Below, piece after piece: positions 1 through 12,107 of a stretch of DNA of 64,000 nucleotides. Numbering within the stretch: the stretch's first letter is position 1; every line of letters starts with the position of its first letter. This stretch comes from Raja brachyura (taxonomy: Eukaryota), in contig OY740817.1 of assembly GCA_963514005.1 (NCBI GenBank), positions 14,632,001 to 14,696,000 of the forward strand, in the 5' to 3' direction. Below the pieces are notes generated by a model. It was not told the DNA's origin and ran no database searches. It saw nothing but the letters and a program-made list of their open reading frames with translations. The translations under genes were made by a program, and so were the position numbers.

Positions 1-1590
1 CAGCACCTTCAAGAAGTCAGGCTTGAAGGTGAAGGGGACGGAAGATCTGTCGGGCCAGTTGCCAAAGAGCATGGCCTCGCTCTTCCTGCGGTTCACCCTG
101 GCTCCCGTGGCCGACTCAAACTGGTCGCAGATACTAATCAGTCTGCGGACCGACCCTGGATCCGAGCAGAAAACAGCGACATCGTCCATGTACAGGGAGG
201 TTTTTACTTGAATGCCCCCACTGCCGGGCAGTGTCACTCCTCTTATGTTCGCATCCTTCCTGATGGATTCGGCAAAGGGTTCAATACAGCAGACAAACAA
301 GACAGGAGAGAGAGGGCAACCCTGCCTGACTCCAGACCTTACAGGGAAACTGTCTGATTCCCACCCATAGATTTGGACTGCACTACGGATGTTGGTGTAG
401 AGCAGTTTGATCCAATTCCTGATTCCCTCCCCAAAGCCCATTAAGAGAGCACGTCCCTCATGTACGTGTGTGATATCCTGTCGAAGGCCTTCTCCTGGTC
501 CAAGCTTACTAGGCAGGCATCCACCTGTCTCTCCTGCACGTAGGCAATGGATCCAGGGTCACCAGGCTGTCTGAGATTTTCCTGCCAGGTACAGCACAGG
601 TTTAGTCCGGATGGATCAACTGTCCCAGAGCAGACTTGACCCGGTTGGCGATGGCCTTAGACAGGATCTTCTAATCGACATTCAACAATGTGATGGGTCT
701 TCAATTCCTTATATCATTCATCTCCCCCTTCTGCTTGTAGATTAGGGTGATGCTGCCCTTCCTCATGGAGTCTGACATGCTACCAGCTAGAAGCCAGTCA
801 GCTCCTCGAAAGTCAGTGGTTGGTCCAGACTCTCCCGCTTGCTGTCCTCCAAGACCTCCGTGATCAAGGACAGGAAGTTCTGGGAGGTGGTGCTGTCTGT
901 GGCCTTTTGGTCATACAAATCTGTGTAAAAGGATTTGCAGATCCTCAGCATGTCTGTGTGTGAGAATGCTACCGAGCCGTCCTCCTCCCTAAGGCTGTTC
1001 ATCTTATGGACAATTTGGAACCTTATGGAAGAAGAAGCGTGAGCACGTCTCATCCTGCTCCACATGGCGAACCCTGGATCGGAAGATGATCTTGGAGGAT
1101 TCAGAGGTAAAGAGCCGAGCTTGCCGGTCCTTCACCTCTCTAAGTTCCACCCTCACATCCACCCCTCTCGACTGCAGAAGGAGCAGTTGCTGTAAATCTA
1201 TCCGGAGTTGGCACAATTCCATCTGACTCTGTCTTGTTCTCTGAACCCCTTTAAATATGAAGAAGCTCTTAATGTTCTCCTTGGTTGCTTCCCACCAGAG
1301 TGTCGGGGAGTCAAAGAGGGGCCTCACCGCCTGCAGGGTCGCTGAAGACATTGTGCAGCTTTGCGTCTTTTACCGTCTCCATCAGGAACTTGGACGTGCT
1401 GTCCAGTCTGTTGTCGGCACTGCCGGATCGTCCAGCCGCATCAATGATGCAGTTTAAGTCACCGGCCAGAACGAGTGGCCGGGACGTGGCCAGCAGCGGT
1501 GGGAGCTGCTGGAGAACGGCCAGCCGCTCGCTCTGCGTGGGTGAGGCATACACATTAATCAGCCGGAGTGGAGAGCCCCGGTACATTACA
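1..1590 (-). mobile_element. Tx1/L1-clade LINE ORF2 relic (APE endonuclease + RT), frameshifted
   Basis: ORF 1311-1586 has APE motifs (LINVYA, LAGDLNC). Fragments WWEATKENIK and ICKSFYTDLY follow. RT motifs RQGCPLSP and YMDD are encoded near 180-330. Confidence 0.9.
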
Positions 1591-1639
1591 TCTCCTGGTG
1601 GTGCAATGTATCACGGATGCGAATTGTGGACACAGGCCA

Positions 1640-1995
1640 GACCAGCGCACAAACCAACCTCCCTTCCATTGACACCATTTATACCTCAGGCTGCCTCGGC
1701 AAAGCCAGCAGCATAATCAAGGACGAGTCGCACCCTGGTCACTCCCTATTCTCCCCTCAGGCCAAAAGGTTTGGTGTGTGAAAATGCACACCTCCAGATT
1801 CAGAGACAGTTTCTTCCCAGCTGTTATCAGGCAACTGAATCATCCTACCAAAACCTGAGAGCAGTGCTGAACTACTCTCTACTTCATTGGTGATTCTGGG
1901 ACTATCCTTGATCAGACTTTACTGGCTTTACCTTGCACTAAACGGTAATCATTAATCATGTATCCTCCACTGCAAATGGCCCAATTGTAATCATG
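1640..1995 (+). mobile_element. Rex1/Babar-type LINE 3' fragment
   Basis: Encodes LPSIDTIY...SIIKDESHPGHSLFSPL...RFRDSFFPAVIRQLN, the same C-terminus as the Rex1 copies at 37589 and 48443. Confidence 0.8.
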
Positions 1996-2524
1996 TTGAA
2001 GAGAGAACTGCAGATGTTGGAAAAATCGAAGGTAGACAAAAATGCTGGAGAAACTCAGCGGGTGAGGCAACGTCTATGGAGCAAAGGAATACGTGATGTT
2101 TCAGGTCGAGAGCCTTCTACAGATTGTAATCATGTATTGTCTTTGTGACTGGTTGGAACAGAACAAAAGCTTTTCCGTGTACGTCGATACACATGATAAA
2201 AAACTAAACTAAACAAAAAAATGCGTGGGAAAGATTTCCTGGTGCCCATCCCTGGGGAAGTCCCATCTTCCCTCCGATTCAACAAGCGATTTTTCACAAC
2301 CAATTTTTCTTTCCTGTTCCTGACGCAATTTTCTATCAGTCCTGCAACAGCTCTTTTTATTCCCTCACAGAGTTTGGTGTTTCCACTCCATTTTCCAGCC
2401 CCTGTTTTCACCCACACCCTCCCCTCAGCCCATCTGGCACATCTGCATCTTTACTTTTGCCTGGTGTGTTCACGTTCTTCCCCTCCCACACATTGCTCCA
2501 TTTGCCCAGCATCTGCCTGCTCAC

Positions 2525-2790
2525 TTTAGACTTCAGTGATACAGCACAGAAACAGGCCCTTCGGCCCACTGAGTACCTGCCAAGCAGCGATCTAGCACTA
2601 TCCTACACACACGAGGGACAATTCTACCCATGCAAATTAAACTACAAACCTGTACGTCTTTGGAGTACGGGAGGAAACCGGAGCACCTGGAGAATACCCA
2701 TGCGGTCACTGGGAGAATGTACAGGCCGTACAGACAGCACATGTAGTCAGGATCAAACACGGGTCTCTGGCGCTGTGAGGCAGCAGATCT
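2525..2790 (-). mobile_element. tRNA-derived V-SINE (HE1-like); one of more than 15 copies in the window
   Basis: Reverse complement carries the tRNA-like head CTGCTGCCTCACAGCGCCAGAGACCCGTGTTTGATCC, a conserved core and a CR1-like tail. Confidence 0.8.
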
Positions 2791-2894
2791 GATGCCGAGC
2801 CACCTTAAATGTGTCACTTGGTTCCACCTATGACATACCAGCCCCTGTCTCACCCCTCACCCTCATATCTTCTGTCTCACCCCTCACCCTCATA

Positions 2895-3290
2895 TAGAAA
2901 CATAAAAACATAGAAAATAGGTGCAGGAGGAGGGCATTCCTTGTGATCATTCCCTATCAATAACCCGTGCCTGCCTTCTCCCCATATCCCTTGACTCCAC
3001 TAGCCCCTAGAGCTCTATCTAACTCTCTCTTAAATCCATCCAGTGATTTGGCCTCCACTGCCTTCTGTGGCAGGGAATTCCATAAATTCACAACTCTCTG
3101 GGTGAAAAAGTTTTTCCTCATCTCAGTCTTAAAGTAATTCCCCCTTATCCTGAGACTGTGACCCCTTGTTCTGACCTCCCCAACATCGGGAACAATCTTC
3201 CTGCATCTAGCCTATCCAACCCCTTAAGAATTTTGTAAGTTTCGATAAGATCCCCCCCTCAGTCTTCTAAATTCTAGCGAGTACAAACCA
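2895..3290 (-). mobile_element. CR1 LINE 3' end, present only in duplication copy A
   Basis: (CATAGAAA)n tail at 2892-2917 and CR1 3' sequence. Absent at the equivalent position near 59975. Confidence 0.8.
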
Positions 3291-4115
3291 AAACAAGCGA
3301 GTCAGGGGATATGGGGAGAAGGAAGGAACAGGGTACTGATTGGGGATGATCAGCCATGATCACATTGAATGGCGGTGCTGGCTCAAAGGGCCGAATAGCC
3401 TACTCCTGCACCTGTTGTCTTTTGTCTATTGCAAGATCCTGACCCGAAACATCGATTGTCTGTTTGCCTCCCCAGATGCTGTCTGTCCCACAAGCCCTCA
3501 TCACTCAACGTGTACAAACACTAGCCGCCCCATCCTTTAAACTTTGCCCCCTCACCTGAACGCTACGGCCTCTGCTTCACCCTGATGATGCCTCATACAC
3601 AAGTAAGAATACATTTCAAACATGATGGACTTTTTCAGTGAAAGACCGACTCAGTAAAGACAGATACATAAGCAAGTAAACAAATTGTACCCACCCCATC
3701 ATTTCACACCAGCCACTCCCTCTTCTCCCTTCTCCCATCAGGTAATATAGAAGTGTGAAAATGCACACCACCAGAGATACAGCGCGGAAACAGGCCCTTC
3801 AGCCCACTGAGTTCGCACCGCACATTAACACTATCCTACAGAAGTCAATCCCGGGGAAAACCCGCGCAGGTCACAGGGAGAATAGAAACATAGAAAATAG
3901 GCGCAGCACGAGGCCATTTGGCCCTTCGAGCCAACACCGCCATTCAATGTGATCATGGCTGATCATCCACAATCAATAGCCCGTGCCTGCCTGCCTTCTC
4001 CTCATATCCCTTGATTCCCAATGTGCAAACTCCGTGCAGACAGCAGCTGAAGTCGGGATGGAATGCGGGTCTCTGGCGCTGCTGTCGACCTGCGCTTCTT
4101 CCCGGGTTATCCTAC

Positions 4116-4144
4116 CTTGCTGCTCGCCAAATCCCTGGATCCAT
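4116..4144 (-). CDS. Exon 1 (MDPGIWRAAR) of a neighbouring B7-like paralog that continues left of the window
   Basis: Identical to 61076-61104: ATG GAT CCA GGG ATT TGG CGA GCA GCA AG|gtagga, phase 2. Confidence 0.75.
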
Positions 4145-4259
4145 CCGTGCGAGACAGGTGCCCGACTCCGCTGCTGAAAGGCGCTTGTTAAAAAACCCCA
4201 ACAAAGTAGGCTTCTAAAGCAGAATAATAAATGTTTTAATGTTGATATTCTGTTACTAG

Positions 4260-4400
4260 CAGTCAGTCAGTTTCACTCTCTGCTCTGGAGACCGAAACTG
4301 TCTTCCTGGAGTGAAATTGTCAATTGAAAGTATTGAGAATGTTTTCTGAACTTTCAGTTCAGAGGAGGATAAAAGGCGGGGGCGGCGCCGCAAATTTACC
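4260..4400 (-). promoter_or_regulatory. Putative promoter of the paralog with ISRE/IRF-like motifs and a GC box
   Basis: CAGTTTCACTCTC at 4268-4280, GGAGACCGAAACTG at 4287-4300, and GGCGGGGGCGG at about 4376, upstream of exon 1. Confidence 0.5.
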
Positions 4401-5499
4401 GCCGAGCTTTCCGGACTTTTTTCTGGTGATCTGACTTTTCATGTGGCCGTTCGCTGGGAATTTGAAACGGGTGGTAAAGTCCCCGGTGATGTGTTCCCTA
4501 ATGTATGTAGGGTAGTGTTAATGTGCGGGGAATCGCTGGTCGGTGCGGGCTCGATGGGCCGAAGGGCCTGTTTCCGCTCTGTCTCTCTAAACGTCGAGGT
4601 CTGAAGCAATGGATATTGTGTAGTCTAATCAGGGTAGGACACATACCTCAAATGGAAGGGTCCAGGGGAGGACTGAGGAACCCGGGTACCTTGGTGGCCC
4701 GGAAGGTGGCAGGACATGTAGATCAGGTGGGGAAGAAAGCAGATGGAATACTAGTTTCATTTAGACATGGCATACTGTAGAACTGGCTCCTGCCCCTCCA
4801 CTCTTCAGCTTTCTTTCCCCCCACCCCTGCAATCAGTCTGAAGATGGGTCCCAACCCCAAATGTCACCCATCCATGTTTGGCACGTTCATATGTTCTAGG
4901 TGTAGAATTAGGCCCCATCAAGTCTACTCCGCCATTCAAGCACGGCTGACCTATCTTTCCCTCTCAATCCCATTCTCCTGCCTTCTCCCCATAACCCCTG
5001 ACACCCATACTAATGTTTTCCAGGGATGCTGAGCCACTGAGTTACTCCAGCATATCATATCTTTCCATAGCATGGAGGTCTTGCAACAGCTTTGTAAAAC
5101 ATTGGTTAGGCTGCACATGAACACAAGTCTAAACACAAAAACAATTTAAAACAGTAAGGACAGGCAGTTAATAGCATAAAAAGCACAGATTTATATAACT
5201 ATTTAAAATATAAAATTGGGAATGTAAAAGGACAAAAAACTGAAACACTGAGGTCAAATACAGAGTAAAGTCAGATTAAAAGCTTGATCAAGATTTTTAG
5301 CTGCCATTTAAAAATGTCAACTGTGTGAGTGACTCTCATAGCCCTGGGTCAAATATTCCACAGCTTGGGGACGTCATTGAAAAAGGCTGCTTCACCAATT
5401 GTTTTAATTGCTGCGGCACTGAGAGGCTAACAGGCCAGCATCAGAACACCTGAGCGCTCGAGTAGGGGTAAAGGGAGTCTGTAAAATATGGTGCTCCTC

Positions 5500-5900
5500 A
5501 TGGGCCTGTCCCACTTGGGTGATTTTGTTCGGCGACTGTCATAGTCATAGCAGGTCGCCGAAAAAACCGGCGACTGGACTAATGGGCCTGTCCCACTTAG
5601 GCGATTTTTTAGGCGACTGACGGCGACTACGACATTGTCAGCACCGGCGACAACCGACGTCACCTGTCAACAACCGATGACATCCTGGCGACTGCCTACA
5701 TTAACCTGGCGACAACCTACGACAGAATCTACGTCAACCTACGCTCATTTGGCTTCAAACCCAAGGTTATCACTGTCGCCAAAAATTGTTCAACACGTTG
5801 AAACATTTTCGGCGACCAGAAAGACGTTACGACTCTTTGGGCGACTGAGGAGACTACTCACGACCAGACAGGTGACACCACAGTGACGATGTTATGACCT
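5500..5900. mobile_element. Non-autonomous DNA transposon fragments (Harbinger-like terminus GGGCCTGTCCCACT)
   Basis: Terminal motif at 5501 and 5584; a related inverted motif AGTGGGACAGCCCC at about 9292-9305. Confidence 0.45.
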
Positions 5901-7613
5901 CCTGTCTGGGAATGTGATGGAGGGTGGATGATAAATGTGAATAGAAGGAGATAACAAAGCTTGTTTAACTTCTCTGAGAAGTTACAGTAGGTCACCCACG
6001 CCCCCTACCGATAGTAGCGGAAATACGAGGCTTACGATTGGCTTGGAATAATGTCAAGAGGCCTTTGTATTGTGTTTGAATTGTATTCATCATTTGTTGT
6101 TGAATAAGATTAACGTAAGCGAACAGTATGTTATGATGAATGGAATAATTGGGAGCCATGTAGTAGATAGTATATTTCCGTATAGCCGTATCTAACAAAA
6201 GCTATTTACTGCACAGTATAACTGTCAGCTAATTCTGCTGTGAAGTCAGAGAACTGGTGAGCAGGTTTCTGCCGCCATCTCTCCATGATGTTATGCAATA
6301 AAGCCTCTTGAAGCAAACCTGCGAAGTCTGTAACTTTACGTTTTTCCGTTTATTTGCATCGAAATTAATTTCTTCCTCAGAATTTGTCGCAGTGAGTAGG
6401 GTCCCAATTGTAATGGGATTCGAACGAATAAAAGGGGAAATAAAAGGGAATGATAAAATAGTCCGAACTGAAAAGGGGACGGGAGGGCGTCCCAGAGAAG
6501 GGAGGGCCCCCGGGCAACCTAGCTTACTGGCCGGTGACTCACGCTGAGCCAAGATACCTATTAGGGTTGAGGCAAGATGCGGGGAAGATAAATTTACTCA
6601 CGCTGGGCGTAGAAGATACATTGAAGCAGGTGCCGTAAAGCGCGCTATAGAAATTGAAACATGACTTCGAGGTTTTCAGACGGAGTAAAACCGGTGGGCA
6701 AACTGTGAATAGAATATTATACGACATTGTCCGCAGAAACCTAATTTTGGTTTACAGACTTGAGAGAAGGATATGGCAGGCAACAGTAGTTGATTGGAGA
6801 AATCTGATCCTACTGATAGAGGGAGGCCTGAAGATAAGAAACAGGTGGTCCAGAAGGGAAAGATGCAAATAAGAAAGAATATTGCCAAGGTGATGAGAAA
6901 GACCACAAGGCACCGGGAAGAGGTAGGAGATCCCATTGTTCCACTGGGATCACCAGCAAATGAGGTAATATAAAAGTACAGAGATAACCAATGTCCGGTA
7001 AATATTTATGGTAATCTAGCTGATCAATTAAATGGAAATTAAGTTATAAGCTATCTCTGTCCTACTCATCTCTAAAAAAGAAATGGGTTGGCGAGCTGGG
7101 AGCACAATTAATATTTGCCATGGAAGTGTTATTAGTGATAGTTGGAGTGGTAAGTGTAACTTTAAAATTGATGGAAATAATAAGAAGATGGTCAGGGATG
7201 GAGAAAAGACACCAGCCCCTAGAGGAGGAGAAAAGTGTTAAGTAGACAGAGGGAAATGAGGGACCTGCGCCTATTATACCAAAGTAAGTGGCAGCAAAAT
7301 GATGATCAGCAGGCTCAGGGAAATGAGTGCCTCGCTCACTGGTTGGCCCACAGAGTAAACGAGGCTATAATGGAGGGAGCGAGAAAACATAGTGATATAG
7401 GGGAGGTGGTGCGATGCTTGCAACACAAAGAAGAGACGATCCCAGATTTTATAACCCAATTTAAGAGCAAGTGGGAGGAACATGCCGGAGTGTCCGTAGC
7501 TGAAAATGGGCTTCTAGCTATTCACACTTTACTAAATTGTTTGCTGTCCCAACAGGCTCAAGCTTTTTTAATTGGTTAACCTAGATTGGCAAAATAAGCC
7601 GTGGGAAATGTAA

Positions 7614-8349
7614 GATGGTCACATCTTACAACATACTTGGTGTCACCCTTGAAGAATCCAAACAAACCAAGTATCTTGGCTCAAATTGCAGAATGATCTA
7701 CGATGGAATGGTCAGACTCATCATGTAACAGTGAAAGCAACAGGTGTCCTAAACTTCCTGAGGCGCAACTTCCATCATTGTTCAGCTTCTGTCAAGGAGA
7801 AGCTGTATTTCACCCTCGTTAGACCTCATCTGGACTACGCAGTTGCAGCTTGGGACCCATACACAGATAAAAACATTTCATCCATCGAACGTGTCCAAAG
7901 ACAGGCCGCTCGATTTGTTACTAACACCTACGAGAGAGAAGCGAGTGTCACCAAACTTCTGAATTCTCTGGGGTGGAACCCTCTCCAAGACAGACGTGAA
8001 GCTCACCGTTTGACCTGTTTTTACATAATGTTAAATGGTCAGCTAGACATAGATCACAAGACCTACACCAACCCCAACCCAATTAGGAGCAGACGAGGGC
8101 ATTCGATCCAATTTGTGGTCCCAGCCTCAAAGACAGATGTGTACAGCAATTCGTTCTTTCCACACACTATTAAAGCATGGAATAATCTCCACCAAACCAC
8201 GGTTGCCCAGCCAGATGCAACTAAATTTAAAGTGGCACTTTCTTCCCAATAACCCTCTCTGGCTAAACCCCTCCCTTCACCACCTCCAGTTTAAATTCCA
8301 GTTGGAATATTTTGGAGGACCAAGTAACCAAGAACCAACCAAGAACCAA
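7614..8349 (+). mobile_element. 5'-truncated CR1/L2-group LINE inserted in the ERV gag
   Basis: Open ORF 7686-8252 (LYFTLVRPHLDYAVAAWDP...IERVQRQAARF), (AAGAACC)n tail, 9-bp TSD GAAATGTAA at 7605-7613 and 8350-8358. Confidence 0.9.
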
Positions 8350-8719
8350 GAAATGTAATCACAGCGCTTGTGAACATGACAGAGGAAGGTGACAATGGCA
8401 ATTAAAAGATACAACACGAGGTATATGCTGGAGATGTGTTAAGGACGGGCATTGGACTCGAGATTGCAGATGTTCCCCACAGCGACAGCAAGGGAACGCC
8501 CAAGGGTGTCCAGTCCCTTACAGACATTTTTATAATCTCTAGAACGGTCCCACTCCTGTTGCTGGGAAGACAGGCTCTGTGCAAACTGGGAGCAGTCTTA
8601 CACTGTACTGTAGACGGTATGTTTATGGAACTCCCTCGTATGCAGACACATCAATCGCTGAATTTAATTAAGGAGGAAGAACAAGGGCAAAAGATGCCCA
8701 TCCAATATGACCTAATCCG

Positions 8720-9308
8720 CGAGTTAAGAAGAGTCTTCAACCTTCAAGCTCGAGGGCACTCGCCTGGAAAACCTCGACTGGATCGACCGACCGCACACAA
8801 ACACATTTTAAAGGTGGGGGGCAGGGAACGCGGGGGAGCGCTGTCTGAAATTCAGACCCGCGATGAAGAGGAAGGAAAGACGGCTGCACTGTACGTCCTT
8901 TAGAGAGCGCGGAGAGGGGGGGGGGTGGGGGGGAGAGAAGTGGAGACAGTTTTAAGAAGTATAATAAAGTTTAGCAGGCATTTAACCTACCGGTCGGTTT
9001 TCCCTGGTCCTGAAAACTCCAATGAGCCAATTAAAATGCCCGGTCAGCGAAGGAGATTGCCTACGGCTGCCCTTGACTGCCTATAACTACATAGCGACCC
9101 CACTCCACTGCATTACGAGTAAAAAAGAACCATGCCGACCAAATTTTCCTCGCGGAAAACTTTCCAATTTGAGGCCACGAGTGTGCGGGAACTTCCCTCG
9201 AGCATGAAGGAGAATTCCAGTGATCTCATAGGACCTCCTAGGACCACACGTTGACCATGCTGCGAGTTTGAGTCGCAGATTAGGTCGCTGCAGTGGGACA
9301 GCCCCTTT
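8720..9308. mobile_element. Non-autonomous DNA transposon fragment inside the ERV
   Basis: Ends in CAGTGGGACAGCCCCTTTAA, related to the termini at 5500-5600. Left boundary approximate. Confidence 0.45.
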
Positions 9309-9389
9309 AACCAAATCTACTAGACCTCCAGCAACAGCGAAAGAAATAGGAGAACTGATAAAAAAAAGACTGAAGGACAAACAGTCAAT

Positions 9390-10058
9390 TCATGTTTCAA
9401 CAATGGCTTTCTTCTTGCCACTCTTCCATAAAGGCCCGATTTGTGGAGTGCACGACTAATAGTTGTCCTGTGGACAGATTCTCCCACCTGAGCTGTGGAT
9501 CTCTGCAGCTCCTCCAGAGTTACCATGGGCCTCTTGGCTGCTTCTCTGATCAATGCTCTCCTTGCCCGACCTGTCAGTTTAGGTGGACGGCCATGTCTTG
9601 GTAGGTTTGCAGTTGTGCCATACTCTTTCCATTTTCGGATGATGGATTGAACAATGCTCCGTGAGATGTTCAAAGCTTGGGATATTTTGTTATAACCTAA
9701 CCCTGCTTTAAACTTCTCCACAACTTTATCCCTGACTGGTGTGTTCCTTGGGCTTCATGATGTTATTTGTTCACTAATGTTCTCGAACAAACCTTTGAGG
9801 CCTTCACAGAACAACTGTATTTATACTGAGATTAAATTACACACAAGTTGACTCTATTTACTAATTAGGTGACTTCTGAAGGCAATTGGTCGCAGTGGAT
9901 TTTATTTAGGGGTATCAGAGTAAAGGGGGCTGAATACTTTTGCATGCCACACTTTTCAGTTTTTTACATGTAATCCCAGTTTTTTATATGAAATTCCAAT
10001 AAAATACATTTATGTTTGTGGTTGTAACGTGACAAAATGTGGAAAAGTTCAAGGGGTA
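9390..10058 (-). mobile_element. Tc1-family transposon, 5' half (paired-like HTH of the transposase)
   Basis: ORF 9320-9721 GYNKISQALNISRSIVQSIIRKWK...GRPPKL...GLYGRVARRKPLL. Tc1-type TIR sequence (TACCCCTTGAACTTTTCCACATTTTG on the minus strand) runs into the gap. Confidence 0.9.
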
Positions 10059-10230
10059 NNNNNNNNNNNNNNNNNNNNNNNNNNNNNNNNNNNNNNNNNN
10101 NNNNNNNNNNNNNNNNNNNNNNNNNNNNNNNNNNNNNNNNNNNNNNNNNNNNNNNNNNNNNNNNNNNNNNNNNNNNNNNNNNNNNNNNNNNNNNNNNNNN
10201 NNNNNNNNNNNNNNNNNNNNNNNNNNNNNN
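10059..10230. other. Assembly gap (N run)
   Basis: Run of N. Other gaps are at 28101-28391, 30867-31011 and 42522-42721. Confidence 1.
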
Positions 10231-10569
10231 NAAGTTCTATCGTATAGTATCGTGTGTGTAGGAAGAAACTGCAGATGCTGGTTTAAACTGAAGATAGACA
10301 CAAAAAGCTGGAGTAACTCAACAGGTCAGACAGTATCTCTGAATAAAAGGAAAATATGATGTTTTGGGTTGAGTTTGAAATAGGTTCCTGCACACCTTTG
10401 GAATGTGGAAGGAACCAAGAGCACCCGGAGAAAATCCATGTGATCGAAGGGAAAAGGAGCAAACTCCATACAGACAGCACCCATATTCAGGATCAATTCC
10501 GGGTCTCTGGCACTTTTAGGCAGCAACTTTATGGCCAATGTACTGCCCGATAGCCTTGAACTTGGTGAC

Positions 10570-11747
10570 TAAAATTAGAGCACATGGCTGGTGACTAAAT
10601 TTAGAGCACATGGTATTGGGGGTAGGGTGTTGACATGGATAGAAAATTGGTTGGCAGACCGGAAGCAAAGAGTAGGAGTGAACGGGTCCTTTTCAGAATG
10701 GCAGGCAGTAGCGAGTGGAGTGCCGCAAGGCTTGGTGTTGGGGCCGCAACTGTTTACCATATATATAAATGATTTGGAAGGGGGAATTAGGGATTTAGGA
10801 GCAACACTAGCAAGTTTACGGATGACACAAAGCTGGGTGGCAGTGTGAACTGTGAAGCGGATGTTAAGAGGTTACAGGGGGATCTGGACAGGTTGAGTGA
10901 GTGGGCAGATGCATGGCAGATGCAGTATAATATAGATAAATGTGAGGTTATCCACTTTGGAGGCATAAACAAGGGGGCAGATTATTATCTCAATGGGGTT
11001 AGGTTAGGGAAGGGGGAGGTACAGCGAGACCTGCATGTCCTTGTACACCAGTCACTGAAAGTTGGCGTGCGGGTACAGCAGGGAGTGAAGAATTCTAATG
11101 GAATGTTGGCCTTCATAACAAGAGGATTTCAGTATAGGAATAAAGAGGTTCTTCTGCAGTTGTATAGGGGTCTGGTGAGACCACATCTGGAGTATTGCGT
11201 ACAGTTTTGGTCTCCTAATTTTGAGGAAGGACATCCTTGTGATTGAGGCAGTGCAGCGCAGGTTCACGAGATTGATCCCTGGGATGACGGGACTGTCATA
11301 TGAGGAAAGATTGAAAAGACTAGGCTTGTATTCACTGGAGTTTAGAAGGATGAGGGGTTTCTTATAGAAACATATAAAATTATAAAAGGACTGGACAAGC
11401 TAGATGCAGGAAAAATGTTCCCAGTGTTGGGCGAGTCCAGAACCAGGGGCCACAGTCTTTGAATAAAGGGGAGGTCATTTAAGACTGAGGTGAGAAAAAA
11501 CTTTTTTACCCAGAGAGTTGTGAATTTATGGAATTCCCTGACACAGAGGGCAATGGAGGCCAAATCACATTGGTGGTTTTAAGAGAGAGTTGGATAGAGC
11601 TGTAGAGGCTAGTGGAATCAAGGGATATGGGGAGAAGACAGGCACGGGTTATTGATACGGACAATCAGCCATGATCACAATGAATGGCTGTGCTGGCTCG
11701 AAGGGTCGAATGGCCTCCTCCTGCACCTATTTTCTATGTTTCTATGT
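10570..11747 (+). mobile_element. CR1 LINE 3' portion (RT C-terminus + tail), frameshifted
   Basis: [26 protein letters not shown] and a (TTTCTATG)n tail at about 11730. Confidence 0.95.
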
Positions 11748-12107
11748 TAATTAAAACATACAGTAGATGTAAAGGGGGGCATAGCGTCACTTTGAGGTTT
11801 TAAACTGAAAATGGACATTTTCATTTTTTTAGTAGCCAAAGTTATCAACGTATAATTTTTTGTGTGTTGGAAAACAAAATATAGTGGCACAGCTGGTAGA
11901 CTTGCTGCCTCACACACCAGAGATCTGTGTTCAATCCTGTCCTTGGGCACTGTATGTGTTGAATTTGCACATTCTCCCTGCAAGCGTGTGGGTTTCCTCC
12001 CACATCCTAAAGACGCATTGGCTTTGTAGGTTAACTTGCCTCTTTAAAATTGCCCCTAAAGTGTAGGGAGTGGGTGAGGAAAATGGGATAACAGAACTTG
12101 TGTGAAT

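Larger units (their letters stand above)
1..5300. repeat. Segmental duplication, copy A (paralogous to 56840-64000)
   Basis: Position 1 CAGCACCTTCAAGAA aligns to 56840. Colinear Tx1, Rex1, SINE, exon 1 and promoter, ending at AAAGCTTGATCAAGATTTTTA (about 5300 vs about 63998). Offset is 56960 at exon 1. Confidence 0.95.
5913..9390 (+). mobile_element. Degenerate endogenous retrovirus: 5' LTR (about 5913-6379), Ser-like PBS, gag, protease; interrupted
   Basis: AATAAA at 6297 and LTR end CA at 6379. PBS-like TGTCGCAGTGAGTAGGGT at 6385-6402 resembles the complement of tRNA-Ser(UGA). The gag ORF 7235-7579 has an MHR-like LQHKEETIPDFITQF; protease motif PLLLLGRQAL lies in ORF 8436-8903. The LTR 5' boundary is uncertain. 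Confidence 0.75.
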
